Position numbers and translations under genes: made by a program
Assembly (NCBI GenBank): GCA_000002435.2
Contig: CM018790.1
Source: Giardia intestinalis
Taxonomy: Eukaryota
Length of the DNA: 64,000 bases
Direction: 5' to 3' (one strand)
In this document: positions 29,401 through 36,260 of the stretch, piece after piece
Numbering within the stretch: the stretch's first letter is position 1
Layout: each line of letters starts with the position of its first letter
The notes under the pieces: model-generated
Told to the model about the DNA's origin: nothing
The model's database searches: none
The model's input: only the letters and a program-made list of their open reading frames with translations

Positions 29401-31115
29401 AAGGACATCACCAAGTGCTTGTGCGCTGAATCTAAGCAACCTAGTGTCATGAAGTACACTGATCTCAGATAGCGTGGATTAAGGTATGGGTATTGACGAT
29501 AGAGGCTCATATACTCCTTTGTTTTGGCTGAAATAGCGAAGATATAATAGTCTGCCTCAGACTTCATAGAGACGGTATCCGAATTACTTGATGCTTGATT
29601 CATTTTGTCCAACTTTTCAAGGAGCTCCTTAACTGTTGGAGTGGGGGTGGAAAACGGAGGGTACATGGTACTTTTGCGCTTAGCTGCGGCAGAAGATAAG
29701 AGAATAGGGGACATGACTTCAGTAAGCTTTTTCACATCTGCATCAGAAAAGTACAATTGTGGAAAGCAATCTGTATTAAAAAAGTAGTCTCCAAGGCTCT
29801 TGCAGTGGTCAATGCAATTATTAGATGCGTCAAACTTTAAGTTGTGCCACAGACTAATAAACCAATCCATGTTTCTGTTGGACAGGTGAAAGAGATCTCC
29901 GTAGTCAGTAGAGTGCGTGTCCATAGAATTGATAAATTGAAGGATATTGTCATAAAGGATATCAACATGAAGGTACCGTGACGTCAGTATCCGTATAGCA
30001 TATATTATGTTAATGCATTTGTCGTTGGACTCCTTAACAAGGCTGTCTTTGAATGCCTTTCCATCCGAAGAGGACCTAAAGGCCTCCGAGCAACAATACA
30101 CCTCCGTGAACAGGCAGACAACACACCGGAAGTGTTGCCGAAGCCTGCTCTCATACAGTTTAAAGACGCTCAAGTTTTTAAGAATCAGATTGATAATTTG
30201 GGAGAGGGTATCGTGGTGCTTTTTATTGGAGAGAATAGAGATTGTGCGAGATAGAGTGTCACAGATTGATACGCAAAGAGCCTCCGTAGGGGTAATGTCT
30301 AGCAATCTGAAATAAGTAAACACAAAAAGGACACACTCAGGAAACAAGTACAGAGACTCCAGCAGCACAGCAGCGTCCTTCTGGTTGCTTGAGCGCTTGA
30401 TGGAGTTGAAGTCTAAGTGCAGAAAAAGCATTCTGAAATAATTGCGGGTAGTAGTAACAAGGGGGCGCAGTTCCTGGATCTTGGTTAGAAACTGCTCGAG
30501 GCGTTGCTGATTTGGGCCTGAGATAGACTGTAGCTTCTGTGCAAACTGAGCTGGCGGCGATCTATCTGAATCCACAGAAAGATGCCGTGATGTATAGACT
30601 GGATTTTCAGATGCCTCGCAATCAATGAAGAATCTGAACAGGTAGCGCATCCGCAGCCTAACAACCGGGTGAGAGTAGGCGGAGAAGCACTTTTCCACAA
30701 ACTTTAATGTAAGAGAGGGTACTGAAACTATAAATGAGCTGATCGTCTCTGGGAAGAATTCGCAGAGCTTGTAGAATAGTAAGGAATGGAAGTAGTCTGC
30801 TGGCTCTGGAAAGGCCTGACTATCGTTAGCGGAAGCCTTTTTAGAGGTGCTTGAGGTTATTCCAAAGTGCCTGGTAACGCTGTCCATGCGCTCGTAATCT
30901 TCCCAATTTTCAAAGAGTTCTCTACAAACAGTGGATGGGGGGCCGGATGCGACCAGCTGCAGGACATATTTGTCCAATTGGCGGTACACACCACGCAAAT
31001 CCATCTTCCTTACATTATGTCTTCCAACGCCACCCGACACATAACGTGGCAAGCCGAGTGACATCCCTGCGAATCTGATGGCCTCATTAGCTTGATCGAA
31101 CAGGCCGGGGTGCAT
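17430..31115 (-). CDS. giant hypothetical protein, 4561 aa (13.7-kb single ORF), no recognisable domain
   Basis: Uninterrupted ORF on the minus strand. Its ATG (31113-31115) lies only 11 nt downstream of the stop of the upstream Nek gene. The protein is Ser/Leu-rich with scattered low-complexity tracts (SSSSSSSS, ELELELEE). Confidence 0.75.
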   Translation of the reverse strand: MHPGLFDQANEAIRFAGMSLGLPRYVSGGVGRHNVRKMDLRGVYRQLDKYVLQLVASGPPSTVCRELFENWEDYERMDSVTRHFGITSSTSKKASANDSQAFPEPADYFHSLLFYKLCEFFPETISSFIVSVPSLTLKFVEKCFSAYSHPVVRLRMRYLFRFFIDCEASENPVYTSRHLSVDSDRSPPAQFAQKLQSISGPNQQRLEQFLTKIQELRPLVTTTRNYFRMLFLHLDFNSIKRSSNQKDAAVLLESLYLFPECVLFVFTYFRLLDITPTEALCVSICDTLSRTISILSNKKHHDTLSQIINLILKNLSVFKLYESRLRQHFRCVVCLFTEVYCCSEAFRSSSDGKAFKDSLVKESNDKCINIIYAIRILTSRYLHVDILYDNILQFINSMDTHSTDYGDLFHLSNRNMDWFISLWHNLKFDASNNCIDHCKSLGDYFFNTDCFPQLYFSDADVKKLTEVMSPILLSSAAAKRKSTMYPPFSTPTPTVKELLEKLDKMNQASSNSDTVSMKSEADYYIFAISAKTKEYMSLYRQYPYLNPRYLRSVYFMTLGCLDSAHKHLVMSLTQESLCFIRCFFSLLPRRLSSYLLCKELQISNCVPYVMRDVIYPELLLDEPPGAALSGSSSGAVPATGFGHGDHDSSGTRIPEGTGSTERLFELRHAINKATKRIEKAIASSSSSSSSNLDSGALGDANISGTRIYLLIMIAVSSYYKQERTSPLYFLPPYIDPHLYRLIRVYLLSPQNLNVILFFYTRRCFNLKVLEEIILPGLTGYMMRFRRQITITNGYYNGHQVSSVAHYMLSGSTEYTVQDDSLPSTDTYEGVYYFDEYIKARNKASAPLASRPDDHLCGPRSTNFSYITHSAFIDCIEYIFWFEKHKEGKIRLLSDLVSNDGFAVTDAEQALIQIDQEAPSLPRKICLLIDTALLILMTMRSSYLYLIHQLIKDEQDAFMKMMWPNTNTNEHEHALQIPSHSNAYLFKTDTSRAAMASNGTNPSSKSSNHDASDAPDLSRECPSVRSFSQYNPTEFATGGNAVSPHDPVTTDLEPELSNAYGMDSTSGLHEVQRISVGNVTANNPRDMYTSLIVVDNNDTPCPPLLSPPFPATTPQYTDILVPVLSHQPYLFFDQSIDPLSNVPMFHVVGKRILVTPKRYSDRFLYFAIKLKALLTKLEALITRNLFMLCSNDQILQALGFLEGALCLYLVTIPYQAHYILKFLRQIRIVIYDSLRSLPNNSVMPVDSYMKPGPDQQLSTRKFLPSPQHQTQTSNHYRYQPIFEYFMDDYIRAYRALEEMETVNTSPEHLHTRLLSRDFKGVAHLMRFFRTAQLTLKGAEILRQLVWSVLDKLHARAFVTYFPLQAYGMFLSLHSTMLCMLPTDTSTSVHGFLGIDHFALSCLYCPKGIALDYLNFHELEYHKHVLYMANQLRTLDYHELLSVYFFKTLHSDFSSTSTSIANCPLTTAKIHSPTDAIDVFKQIKSSLMQALSCSRTASGSAFLESLEMACTRLLSSFSKSEDDAGTVIQNTLAASLNPLATLFTHPVDALAHTLDIKPLNPLFATLDMSSLCSTPYDEIMLNYITDHFASALEKPSTRATVLATRPIESVPEQSAASALHSQHTTVPISVFPNASFGEKTVMHHRTLSDHGNIPTASGKLPITRTSNNTSIPGDFGSLPDCSSSILQMYGSLITPELLLLAAWTIQPSLDANFSLTSEEIARRCISEMPPELNNHLEPSTPILCKGEADFITELLVINNRLTPSLQKDEPLNSKTSSANIYQPAPMVTPLFERTKLDLSPLLAHIPFVEASCPLSTRVTQNSLGALRTVSTIISKDQISQGKTQLPLTNFVLYLKTFGSPTIFYCIIAFMVTELMEPYKLIERKLAIPLLLVLERILSLWVAVPLFISQFDELFDELGTEGIQADDPISDSTIRSCVISTICRTYAQQDKHSACDSSFLSPLLDYNVVDPSLSFMPRLTAQLLRAFDAAELQSTPSKTEFFNLMTTREKPFSYLAFKKRAAYTLRFLCRKDFLHIVKTIHERLTAVIEDSIKLISSSPSENRTLIVDIHSIQYVIELMTRLKTTIDNALRAQESVSFLLTKLNTQSLLLQFSNSYLLHHKLSTERRVFHGNLLKQILDQELPQDESKTHLRLLPRRLVASTKPLADLVHRRETIYNAFIEAQKASLYKQCSPDIYVVSNGLLMDLYMAYNVFGFCRYFRDHVDHSFATHQPLHSIYEHRNLIDAAEQDSTTSDSVLNTSSSNSDSQQALESNSRSVSPGTDTPESIIKNTNAAVDLLFEESETLFNYLESTPSLYKASPDAKLTVFLAELNQAIRNIYHYFEKIPESNPLRYPTTTDAILLTSQKGPSHEAGLRPSSLRGEMTMSTHALGSTNYYDIHNQDNLKADQLRSWEALDSMMISMCSAKSDHVAFNLKLSYLIEHVTCFISSLRLIDSIKTILNYILSKLNTVGNLSPFISSNGYYNIGTREESEKCAQYSTLSYFMSHYMPQKTSQDSSPSLFDSPINQTVRGSFKNDTGSVFLGAEVQAPEDGLTRTSQPVDLTLDESTTTVVMSVGNDHDQESCTVSEETNSHEEQAYSMRLESTNAQQQQNLSCQVSRISKLADSMTCTILLLGLASSLGSDTCPAFKNPSVLLECQMGDLRRLVLSTRTPGPSADSQNDRNYSVQSHCDSTQLSTSGLHNDPSALLIAEQSFAKRAEMPSVSSQIQGQKSKLRTHRRVISNFLGVAMTEEGTSTVALEAGAKSAHALETRHSPLSASTQKQASSSKLSKQGDEVRVTCFFDDLAIFQKLFSAHCNMTVYRELEKRAFEPHKFCSSIMNFSRSSQLSYSSICVLWILVVILMQSPSFLYKDIGQYLALLMTRGQNNSLTHQWAKILKSRMLQSSTSFSLGATQTSSLSEGLYSQFFKKFCSNIVHRAAFMAPGLLKIITGSIQSISLQKNLLMLPLREICAKFNSDFFLIKLADVYGETGNFLAMICNRPITPSLCYASIFYRYFSETAPVRAHTTDMNTQVPQVLLEYTEDAGVKPRQNYELSVIFLTELLKLANNMPDLVQSFSSNINKFYIVPIITRLFSLCIKSNHYNTLVRFTERRSEFSKVYSAISSAVAKDVHLNNLGQWKLNDRFTKNLSADFLLIEAHLSFSQGELMKPTMRRLLGITSTDWLPDFSAHRQALCRTAVETLGQLFTSGDTSGLQLSQDSLPVNIISNIPKFTAEVSEVDEDNNFLTAYDAMIEISADIFFRIFKVLSKNYSKSIFKELRRYISIYSPRYLGIRSTLSQSPLIFTTYPVQYSLCYAAKDFFANALSTEYKDSYRETYDSLEYLTDSRATGLGLPINHFPKKKYKQLKVCGRRLPDLWNDKQDSYGVDATCSRWGAFAGSNASLNCDSASSFDTYVHLSRKCHDGETGHSWDNACLGYIVESIVFLFISPAMVLVSPTSPYFIVKRSEGMTFEADAQDKPSHSILLSPELPDITDGSVDLSESGSHWTQISQRPLFPFSSNTVICDCPLSATTMVQNLHELGVSLTRDNLVSPSLGSQTENLATYAPQDHHSMQLASLIYMDPKGLGSSAIADTHSVLSGNPSSNQSIKIQDYQADESDDIETRKMISQLLYVNLHSQLPASVVSDYLLDQDAFMTNALQFVSTANAASLPALYSLLYNGVQQDPQAPAAKDARRHALSFLIQHGLTSTDLLHTKIVEYQRTEFSNKIDKLLEYIIDTRKLDRQNTNKVQRQDLCVEIYKVLGFRYLDSEFINRLILSACVLALDCSLPLNYAGSSPPCVNPQKRNNSISRKPVVPQSGYFAGSESNIPAKGARKSRALADVVFVDDKTSSTMGTVCEGQASSTNTKQQSMDLTCPSSISVNMTHTLPELDLPNPLCFNIYSIKSIEARDSVLTHVISPAIYAQLPLLRYIIDRFVSFISSTLQSKYKLPTSVDGVENDGIATSRLLTNASPRDRFYYTNHFNFLLSTHFNEIKAVDHLLCLLVNSAILVRETSINTAWEALEKSRNVLMQQCIVAFYTYLILEHHAPVSMCTPMGKSHGRLTIVTIGKVIASLLLLDIRTLLYSGFFLLGSCHRLASHFPPTGKQYFNSLIRVVRSLLLWLEQDGKIEMLQGRSSLSLTETESVPKAITSTVVHISRKTVGNKERKRLLSRLLFNIVTHTLAITVSDFSGARRSHSVSWKVYAQTNGHIHPTLMPNKCLQYEKVYTNTFERIQDDAYAIVHELLQSHPSAPKLNAQYISLIQGFSSDPDNSEIQCNVQRIEFPSTSYSASLLSEEVVSRCIRDVYYYDDEYTYIIEMCTCIDAFTALVNPKDRLNLPINTSPESQKVLPLNHPILYLWGPSPSHNEVFLRSVIYSVEILRIIFLRAKCELSFMELFGDFIDVLYNTAFQGVVTALLAVESLSNLPDDFLERKSKLRTQLPTARHLVEVSTQSLLKEGVRSLHTDEAVRILTVLVASGPMYEVPAALILLEVIRALQIQSLSQIDRETLTKRYSSPLTEAIVRHVLSLPEGKTETEMKINALGSISRILAHCFDLPPSAFSHYNLP

Positions 31116-31126
31116 CCAACTGAGAA

Positions 31127-34100
31127 TTAAAATTTATTGAGAATAGAGACCAGGTTGGATCCGAGGCCTCCATCGCTATCTATGCCTGTCTGACGCAGAA
31201 CCTTTAGGGCAAGCTTCCCACTGATAGGACCCTCCTTCTCAGCAAGCCCAGCAGCGCAGTCTAAGTGCCCCAACGAGCAAGCGAAAACAAGTGCGGTCCA
31301 GCCTCCGTATGTGGGGTTACTTGCAGGGACTGATATACCACACTCTGCACGGAGCGCCTTAAGACACTGAAAATCGCCGCTCCGCGCAGCCAGCATTAGG
31401 GCTGTGACACCTTCTCCCAGCTCATGGGCTTTGGTAGTAGCAAGGCCGATTTCCGTCAAGGATCGAGACGATTCTATGGCAATATCCTTCTCGGAAGCAG
31501 AGAGCAGTGTCCGTACCACGTTGTAGTGGCCTGCTTGAGCTGCAAGCATTGTGGCTGTGCTGCCATCGAAGGCTTGATGCCCCAATTCGTAGGGGGCTAG
31601 AGCAGCAACAGACTCAGTAGACCCCCGCTTGGCTGCAAACATAAGGGCGGTGTATCCACCCACGCTGTCGGATATTCCTGCCTCCTTCTCTGCGAGCTCA
31701 GCGACACACTCCGAGGCCCCTGATGCAGCCGCATACATTAGGGCAGTGACGTTGTTGCACAATAACCCACAAATGGAGAGAGTTGTGGGAGAATGCTGCA
31801 AGGCCCTGTTCTCTGCATCCTTAAGAAGTTGAACAGCCTCAACGAATCCATTCCCTGCCGCGATCATAAGCGCCGTCCGCCCCTCGCTATTTTCAAGGCC
31901 TGCCTGTGCCTTGAATTTATTCACAGTGCGATAGTCCATGCGGTCGCATCCCAGCATAAGTTGCGTATTCTTAGTATCATCAAGTATGACGTGATTTCCC
32001 GCAATAGCAATAGCATACGCACAATTATAGTGTTTCAGCTCCAAGGCGCGCTGATAGGCCGTCTTACCCTCGTTAGTCTTCAGGTCCTGTTCCTTGATAA
32101 GCAGACGGACACAATGGACATGATTCTTTTCAACCGCTAAATACAGCGCAAATGTGCCGTCGGTGTTTTGAAGTCTTCGTTGTGACCGCAAGCATCTAAC
32201 CGCTCCGATATCATCATTCTCTGCTGCAACCATGAGCTCTGTCTTTCTGTTGCCTAAGCTGGAATACTGAGATTGATCAATGGATTCCCACTTGAGTAGA
32301 AGTCTAACAGCCTCCTCGTTTTCGCAGATGCATGCATAAGACAAGGCAGTGTAGTTTCTATTGCAGCGCATATTCGCCTCCAGTTCTGCTAGAAACTCTA
32401 TGCATCTACACTTGTTGAGAATAGCTGCATGCATGAGGGCTGTGCGGCCTTTAGAGTCGGTGATTCGTGCTTGAGTTTGCAACAGACAGTAAACCTTGAA
32501 CAGATTGTCCTCGTGAACCGCCTTAATAAGAGGTGGAAAGTCCTCGTCCTCTGCCACTTCATACTCACGAATGAAGCTAATGCTCTTACTCAATGATCTG
32601 CTAAGGTCGCTGTCGAGACTACGTGTCGGGGTATCCCTAAGAGATTTTGCCATGCTCCGACTGTAAGACAGTGGGTCTGATATGCGCTGAGACTCCGTGG
32701 AGGTGAGGCCTATCGTCCTAGCCCCGTACATGCTGGCGCATGCAGTTTCTCCCAGTGTCGTATTGTGCGGGTGCGCTGGATATATACGCAAAGAATTGTA
32801 ACCGTCGTTGACACTGCTTGCCATGCTGTTGCCACCTAGATGTCTTCCAGCTTCTTCGCTAATGTTAACGCCTTCGTAAGGCATAAGCACGTTGACAATT
32901 TCCAGGTGGAGCATTTCAAAGGCGATCTCAATGGCCAGTTTCGAGTCATTGGAAAGGATGCCTGTCTCCTTTCCCAGGAAAAAGGGAACCAGATCAGCGT
33001 AGTCGTGAAGACATGCGTATTGCAGGGCCGTTATTCCGTCGCCATTCTTGAAGCCCGCCTCATAGTTAACAAGGAGCTTGACAAGCTTAGGTAGGTGTAA
33101 CCGCGTGGCAATATGGAGTGCTGTTTCTCCACGGATATTGCGCATGGTCTTCTCCCTATCTAGCAAGAGCTCCACCATTGCTAAGTCACCCTTTTCAACG
33201 CTGATGTGTAAGGCTGTGGCCCGCATGCTGTCAATCATGCCGGCCTCCTGCGTCACGAGCAGCTGAGCGACATTGTAGTTGCCATGCTCAATAGCGCGCA
33301 TCAGTGCTGTTTTCCCTACCTTGTCCTGCAGCCCTGCTTCTTGCTCAATTAACAGAAGAGCTGTCTCTGGGAAGTTGCGATCGATGGCCATCATCAGGGC
33401 TGAGGTCTGATGCACATCCACAAACCCAACTTCGTGGGCGACGAGCATGCGGGCAATACTATCATGCTTGTTCATAATAGCTAGCATGAGGGCTGTCTGA
33501 CCATAAAGATCCTGGGCGCCAGCCTCTAGACCCATAAGAGCTTGAACCATGTGTGAGTCCCCTGCTATTGCGGCACGCATGAGAACGGTCTTCCCATATT
33601 CTGTGGTGAGATAGCGTTCTGCAGCAGCAATGGCTGCAGCAGTATCGATCTTGCCCTCGTTAAATGCAACGCCGAGCGCTGTCTCTCCGTAACGAGTGCA
33701 GCGTCCATACTCCGTGGCAGCTATTTTATCAAGAAGAGTACTATCTGTGCGTAGGGTAGCAAAGTCTGCGGTAGCACCCTTAACCCCACCGGTCAGTTCA
33801 AGGATATGCGCGTTAAGAAGCGTATTGTACTCAGTGATACCTGCAGCAGAAATAGCTCCGGAAGGACACGCCTCTGATTGAAGCACCATTCGAAGACCAG
33901 CCTCGCGAGGAAGAAGGGCCTCGGCAATATCTGTCAGCCCTGTTTGCGCACAGTACATGAGAGCAGACATGCCTGTAGAGGTAACAACACCGACATCAGC
34001 AGAAGATAACAGCTTCTTAGCTGTATTCCGGTCTCCCTTAATGCAAGCCTTCATTAATCCCGTAGGACTGGAGACGATCTTGGCTGGTATGTTAGGTGGT

Positions 34101-35386
34101 AGCACGGGCGGGAGAGCCATCACCCGTGCAACTGCCGCAGGCCGTGGCTCTACGGCATCAACAGTGCTTGGGCGTTGGCAGTGACTGCATCGGCATTTCA
34201 TGGGTCCAGGTGAGCCTGGAGTCCCTGGGGCTGATCCATGGTGTCCGCTGCCTGTGAATGTGCGCGTTGGACTTGCACCGAACTGCAATCCAAGACGAGA
34301 ACTACACCGCGAGCAGTAGTAGGACTCAGCGTGAAGTCCACCCAGACGCTCAGCAGCTTCCCGGGGGCCATCAAGCTCCAAGAGCAACGAAGGAGACTTG
34401 CGCGTGGCGGGGTTCCAGCGCAGTGTCTTGGACAAGAACGTGATAACATCGTTTGTGTATCCTTTACAGAGCTTTATCCCAACATTCTTCCGGAAAAACT
34501 CCTTCATATCTCTGTTCTCTGTTACAAACTTTGGCTTGCACAAGTTACAGAGCTCAAGCAGCAAGCATGCAAGGCTCCACGTGTCTGCAGATGGTCCATC
34601 ATAGCTTACGTCTATGCGAGGGATAAAATCATTGGGCTGAACACTCGTAGTGCTCAGAGCTGGGCTAGTAAACCCAGGGTCACTCTCCACGGGAGTCTCC
34701 CTCCCCTTCGACTGTTGAGCCATGACTTCTTTGTATATGCGAGAAATCTCTAGCAGTTCGGGAGGATGGTGGGCCATTTGATAAAGGCAATATGAAAGAT
34801 CATGAGAATACACGTCTGCTGGGAAGCGCAAAAAGCCGTAGTCCGAGAGTTTGATGCAACGAATCACGTGGTCGGCTGGGCGCTCGTCTTGGCCTGCATC
34901 AACCCTACTCATCAAGAGGATATTGCTCGACTTTATATTCTGGAATATAGCTCCCACGTTCATCGCGCGTCTGTTCTGCCTGCTGGTCATGTTTTGAAGA
35001 TAGATGACGGCGTCGATAACCTGAACCATAACGTCCCAGATGAGAGACTCAGAATAGTGGTCTTTGTAGTCCCGTCGGAAATTGATTTCATCGCGCAAAG
35101 AACCGCCCGTAATGTACTCCATCACAAGGAAGACGCAATTCTGGTCCGCATCGTGAATAACGTCGTAATACTTGATAAGGTTGGGGTGATCATAGTCCGG
35201 CAAGTGAGAGAGATCGTCTAGCAACGTGGCGCGGACTTCGTCGTTGGAAATATGTGTGAGTGGAAATTCTTTCACGGCCACCACTTGCCCGTCAGACTTG
35301 CGAGACGCCAGGTAGACCTCGCCATGGGGCCACTTTGCAATGGACTTAATCCAAGTGTAAGCCTCAGGGAGGCGATAATTGGGCAT
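31127..35386 (-). CDS. Nek-like protein kinase domain fused to a long ankyrin-repeat array, 1419 aa; predicted pseudokinase
   Basis: N-terminal kinase fold with VAVKEF (VAIK Lys present), HPNLIKYYDV, LVMEYITGGSL and SADTWSLACLLLEL. The catalytic loop reads IFQNIKSSNILL (HRD replaced by FQN, no catalytic Asp), DFG reads DYG, and there is no GxGxxG loop. More than 15 ankyrin repeats follow (TALMxAxxxGHxxxVxLL). Confidence 0.85.
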   Translation of the reverse strand: MPNYRLPEAYTWIKSIAKWPHGEVYLASRKSDGQVVAVKEFPLTHISNDEVRATLLDDLSHLPDYDHPNLIKYYDVIHDADQNCVFLVMEYITGGSLRDEINFRRDYKDHYSESLIWDVMVQVIDAVIYLQNMTSRQNRRAMNVGAIFQNIKSSNILLMSRVDAGQDERPADHVIRCIKLSDYGFLRFPADVYSHDLSYCLYQMAHHPPELLEISRIYKEVMAQQSKGRETPVESDPGFTSPALSTTSVQPNDFIPRIDVSYDGPSADTWSLACLLLELCNLCKPKFVTENRDMKEFFRKNVGIKLCKGYTNDVITFLSKTLRWNPATRKSPSLLLELDGPREAAERLGGLHAESYYCSRCSSRLGLQFGASPTRTFTGSGHHGSAPGTPGSPGPMKCRCSHCQRPSTVDAVEPRPAAVARVMALPPVLPPNIPAKIVSSPTGLMKACIKGDRNTAKKLLSSADVGVVTSTGMSALMYCAQTGLTDIAEALLPREAGLRMVLQSEACPSGAISAAGITEYNTLLNAHILELTGGVKGATADFATLRTDSTLLDKIAATEYGRCTRYGETALGVAFNEGKIDTAAAIAAAERYLTTEYGKTVLMRAAIAGDSHMVQALMGLEAGAQDLYGQTALMLAIMNKHDSIARMLVAHEVGFVDVHQTSALMMAIDRNFPETALLLIEQEAGLQDKVGKTALMRAIEHGNYNVAQLLVTQEAGMIDSMRATALHISVEKGDLAMVELLLDREKTMRNIRGETALHIATRLHLPKLVKLLVNYEAGFKNGDGITALQYACLHDYADLVPFFLGKETGILSNDSKLAIEIAFEMLHLEIVNVLMPYEGVNISEEAGRHLGGNSMASSVNDGYNSLRIYPAHPHNTTLGETACASMYGARTIGLTSTESQRISDPLSYSRSMAKSLRDTPTRSLDSDLSRSLSKSISFIREYEVAEDEDFPPLIKAVHEDNLFKVYCLLQTQARITDSKGRTALMHAAILNKCRCIEFLAELEANMRCNRNYTALSYACICENEEAVRLLLKWESIDQSQYSSLGNRKTELMVAAENDDIGAVRCLRSQRRLQNTDGTFALYLAVEKNHVHCVRLLIKEQDLKTNEGKTAYQRALELKHYNCAYAIAIAGNHVILDDTKNTQLMLGCDRMDYRTVNKFKAQAGLENSEGRTALMIAAGNGFVEAVQLLKDAENRALQHSPTTLSICGLLCNNVTALMYAAASGASECVAELAEKEAGISDSVGGYTALMFAAKRGSTESVAALAPYELGHQAFDGSTATMLAAQAGHYNVVRTLLSASEKDIAIESSRSLTEIGLATTKAHELGEGVTALMLAARSGDFQCLKALRAECGISVPASNPTYGGWTALVFACSLGHLDCAAGLAEKEGPISGKLALKVLRQTGIDSDGGLGSNLVSILNKF

Positions 35387-35422
35387 TTTTTACTCTCGCT
35401 TGGATTTTGATTTGCACAACGT

Positions 35423-36178
35423 TTAATTACATATTCTATTGAACGTGAGGCCATAGTTAACCTTATTCGGATATGAGACGCGCTTCATGCAGCCCGGGTC
35501 TCCATGGACAGAAGATCCGCAACAAGACCATTGTTGTTCGCTTGTTACAGGATTACACTTAAATACGCCAGTATGGAAGCGCTCTACTTCCGTTTTCTCG
35601 CGAAAAGCATGGACATACGTTTTCTCCGTCCCTGGAGATATGTAGGATGGCTTGCTGGAGACATAAGGTTTTCTTGCAAATCCCGGGAGTTCAACCATTT
35701 GGGAACTTTGTCCCGTAGAACTGGATCTCAGTTGTGAGCGTGTCTTCGTGCAACTTGGTTGTTCTCGGACGCTGGGGCCTTTGTAGCCTTCCGCTCCTAT
35801 GTATGCCAGAGTGTCCATGCGATCTACAAGCATCTCGGCAAGCTCTTCATTATAGTATCCACGTCTGTAATACGACGGTCCATAATGAGAGCGTACGTTC
35901 CTGTTGCGTCTGCTTGTATTCGCAAGGCTATTCCGGAGGGTTTCGTGATAGATTACCTTGTTAAGCTCCTCATCTGGGGTCATTGAAAGATTCATGAGAT
36001 CCGTGCGATAGGTGTCTGTGCTCTTAGTGGTGGGGAATCCATCCTTAGTTAGAGGAAGGGGAGAGCGATAGTCGAAATCTGCCAAGCTGTCTATAGTAGT
36101 ATGCCGCTGGAGAGACCGCTCGCGCCTATCGAAGCACGGGGCCTCCCGTATCCCCTGAGGGTTGAAGATGCTGTTCAT
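35423..36178 (-). CDS. hypothetical protein, 251 aa
   Basis: Longest ORF in this interval. It diverges from the gene at 36261 across an A/T-rich 82-bp spacer. No recognisable domain. Confidence 0.45.
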   Translation of the reverse strand: MNSIFNPQGIREAPCFDRRERSLQRHTTIDSLADFDYRSPLPLTKDGFPTTKSTDTYRTDLMNLSMTPDEELNKVIYHETLRNSLANTSRRNRNVRSHYGPSYYRRGYYNEELAEMLVDRMDTLAYIGAEGYKGPSVREQPSCTKTRSQLRSSSTGQSSQMVELPGFARKPYVSSKPSYISPGTEKTYVHAFREKTEVERFHTGVFKCNPVTSEQQWSCCGSSVHGDPGCMKRVSYPNKVNYGLTFNRICN

Positions 36179-36260
36179 GGCACAGGATTATAAAATCAGG
36201 GTAAATTTTCAGGTCTTGCTCCTGTTTTAGCTAAGATAAAGCTCTGGGTGTGGCCCGCAT

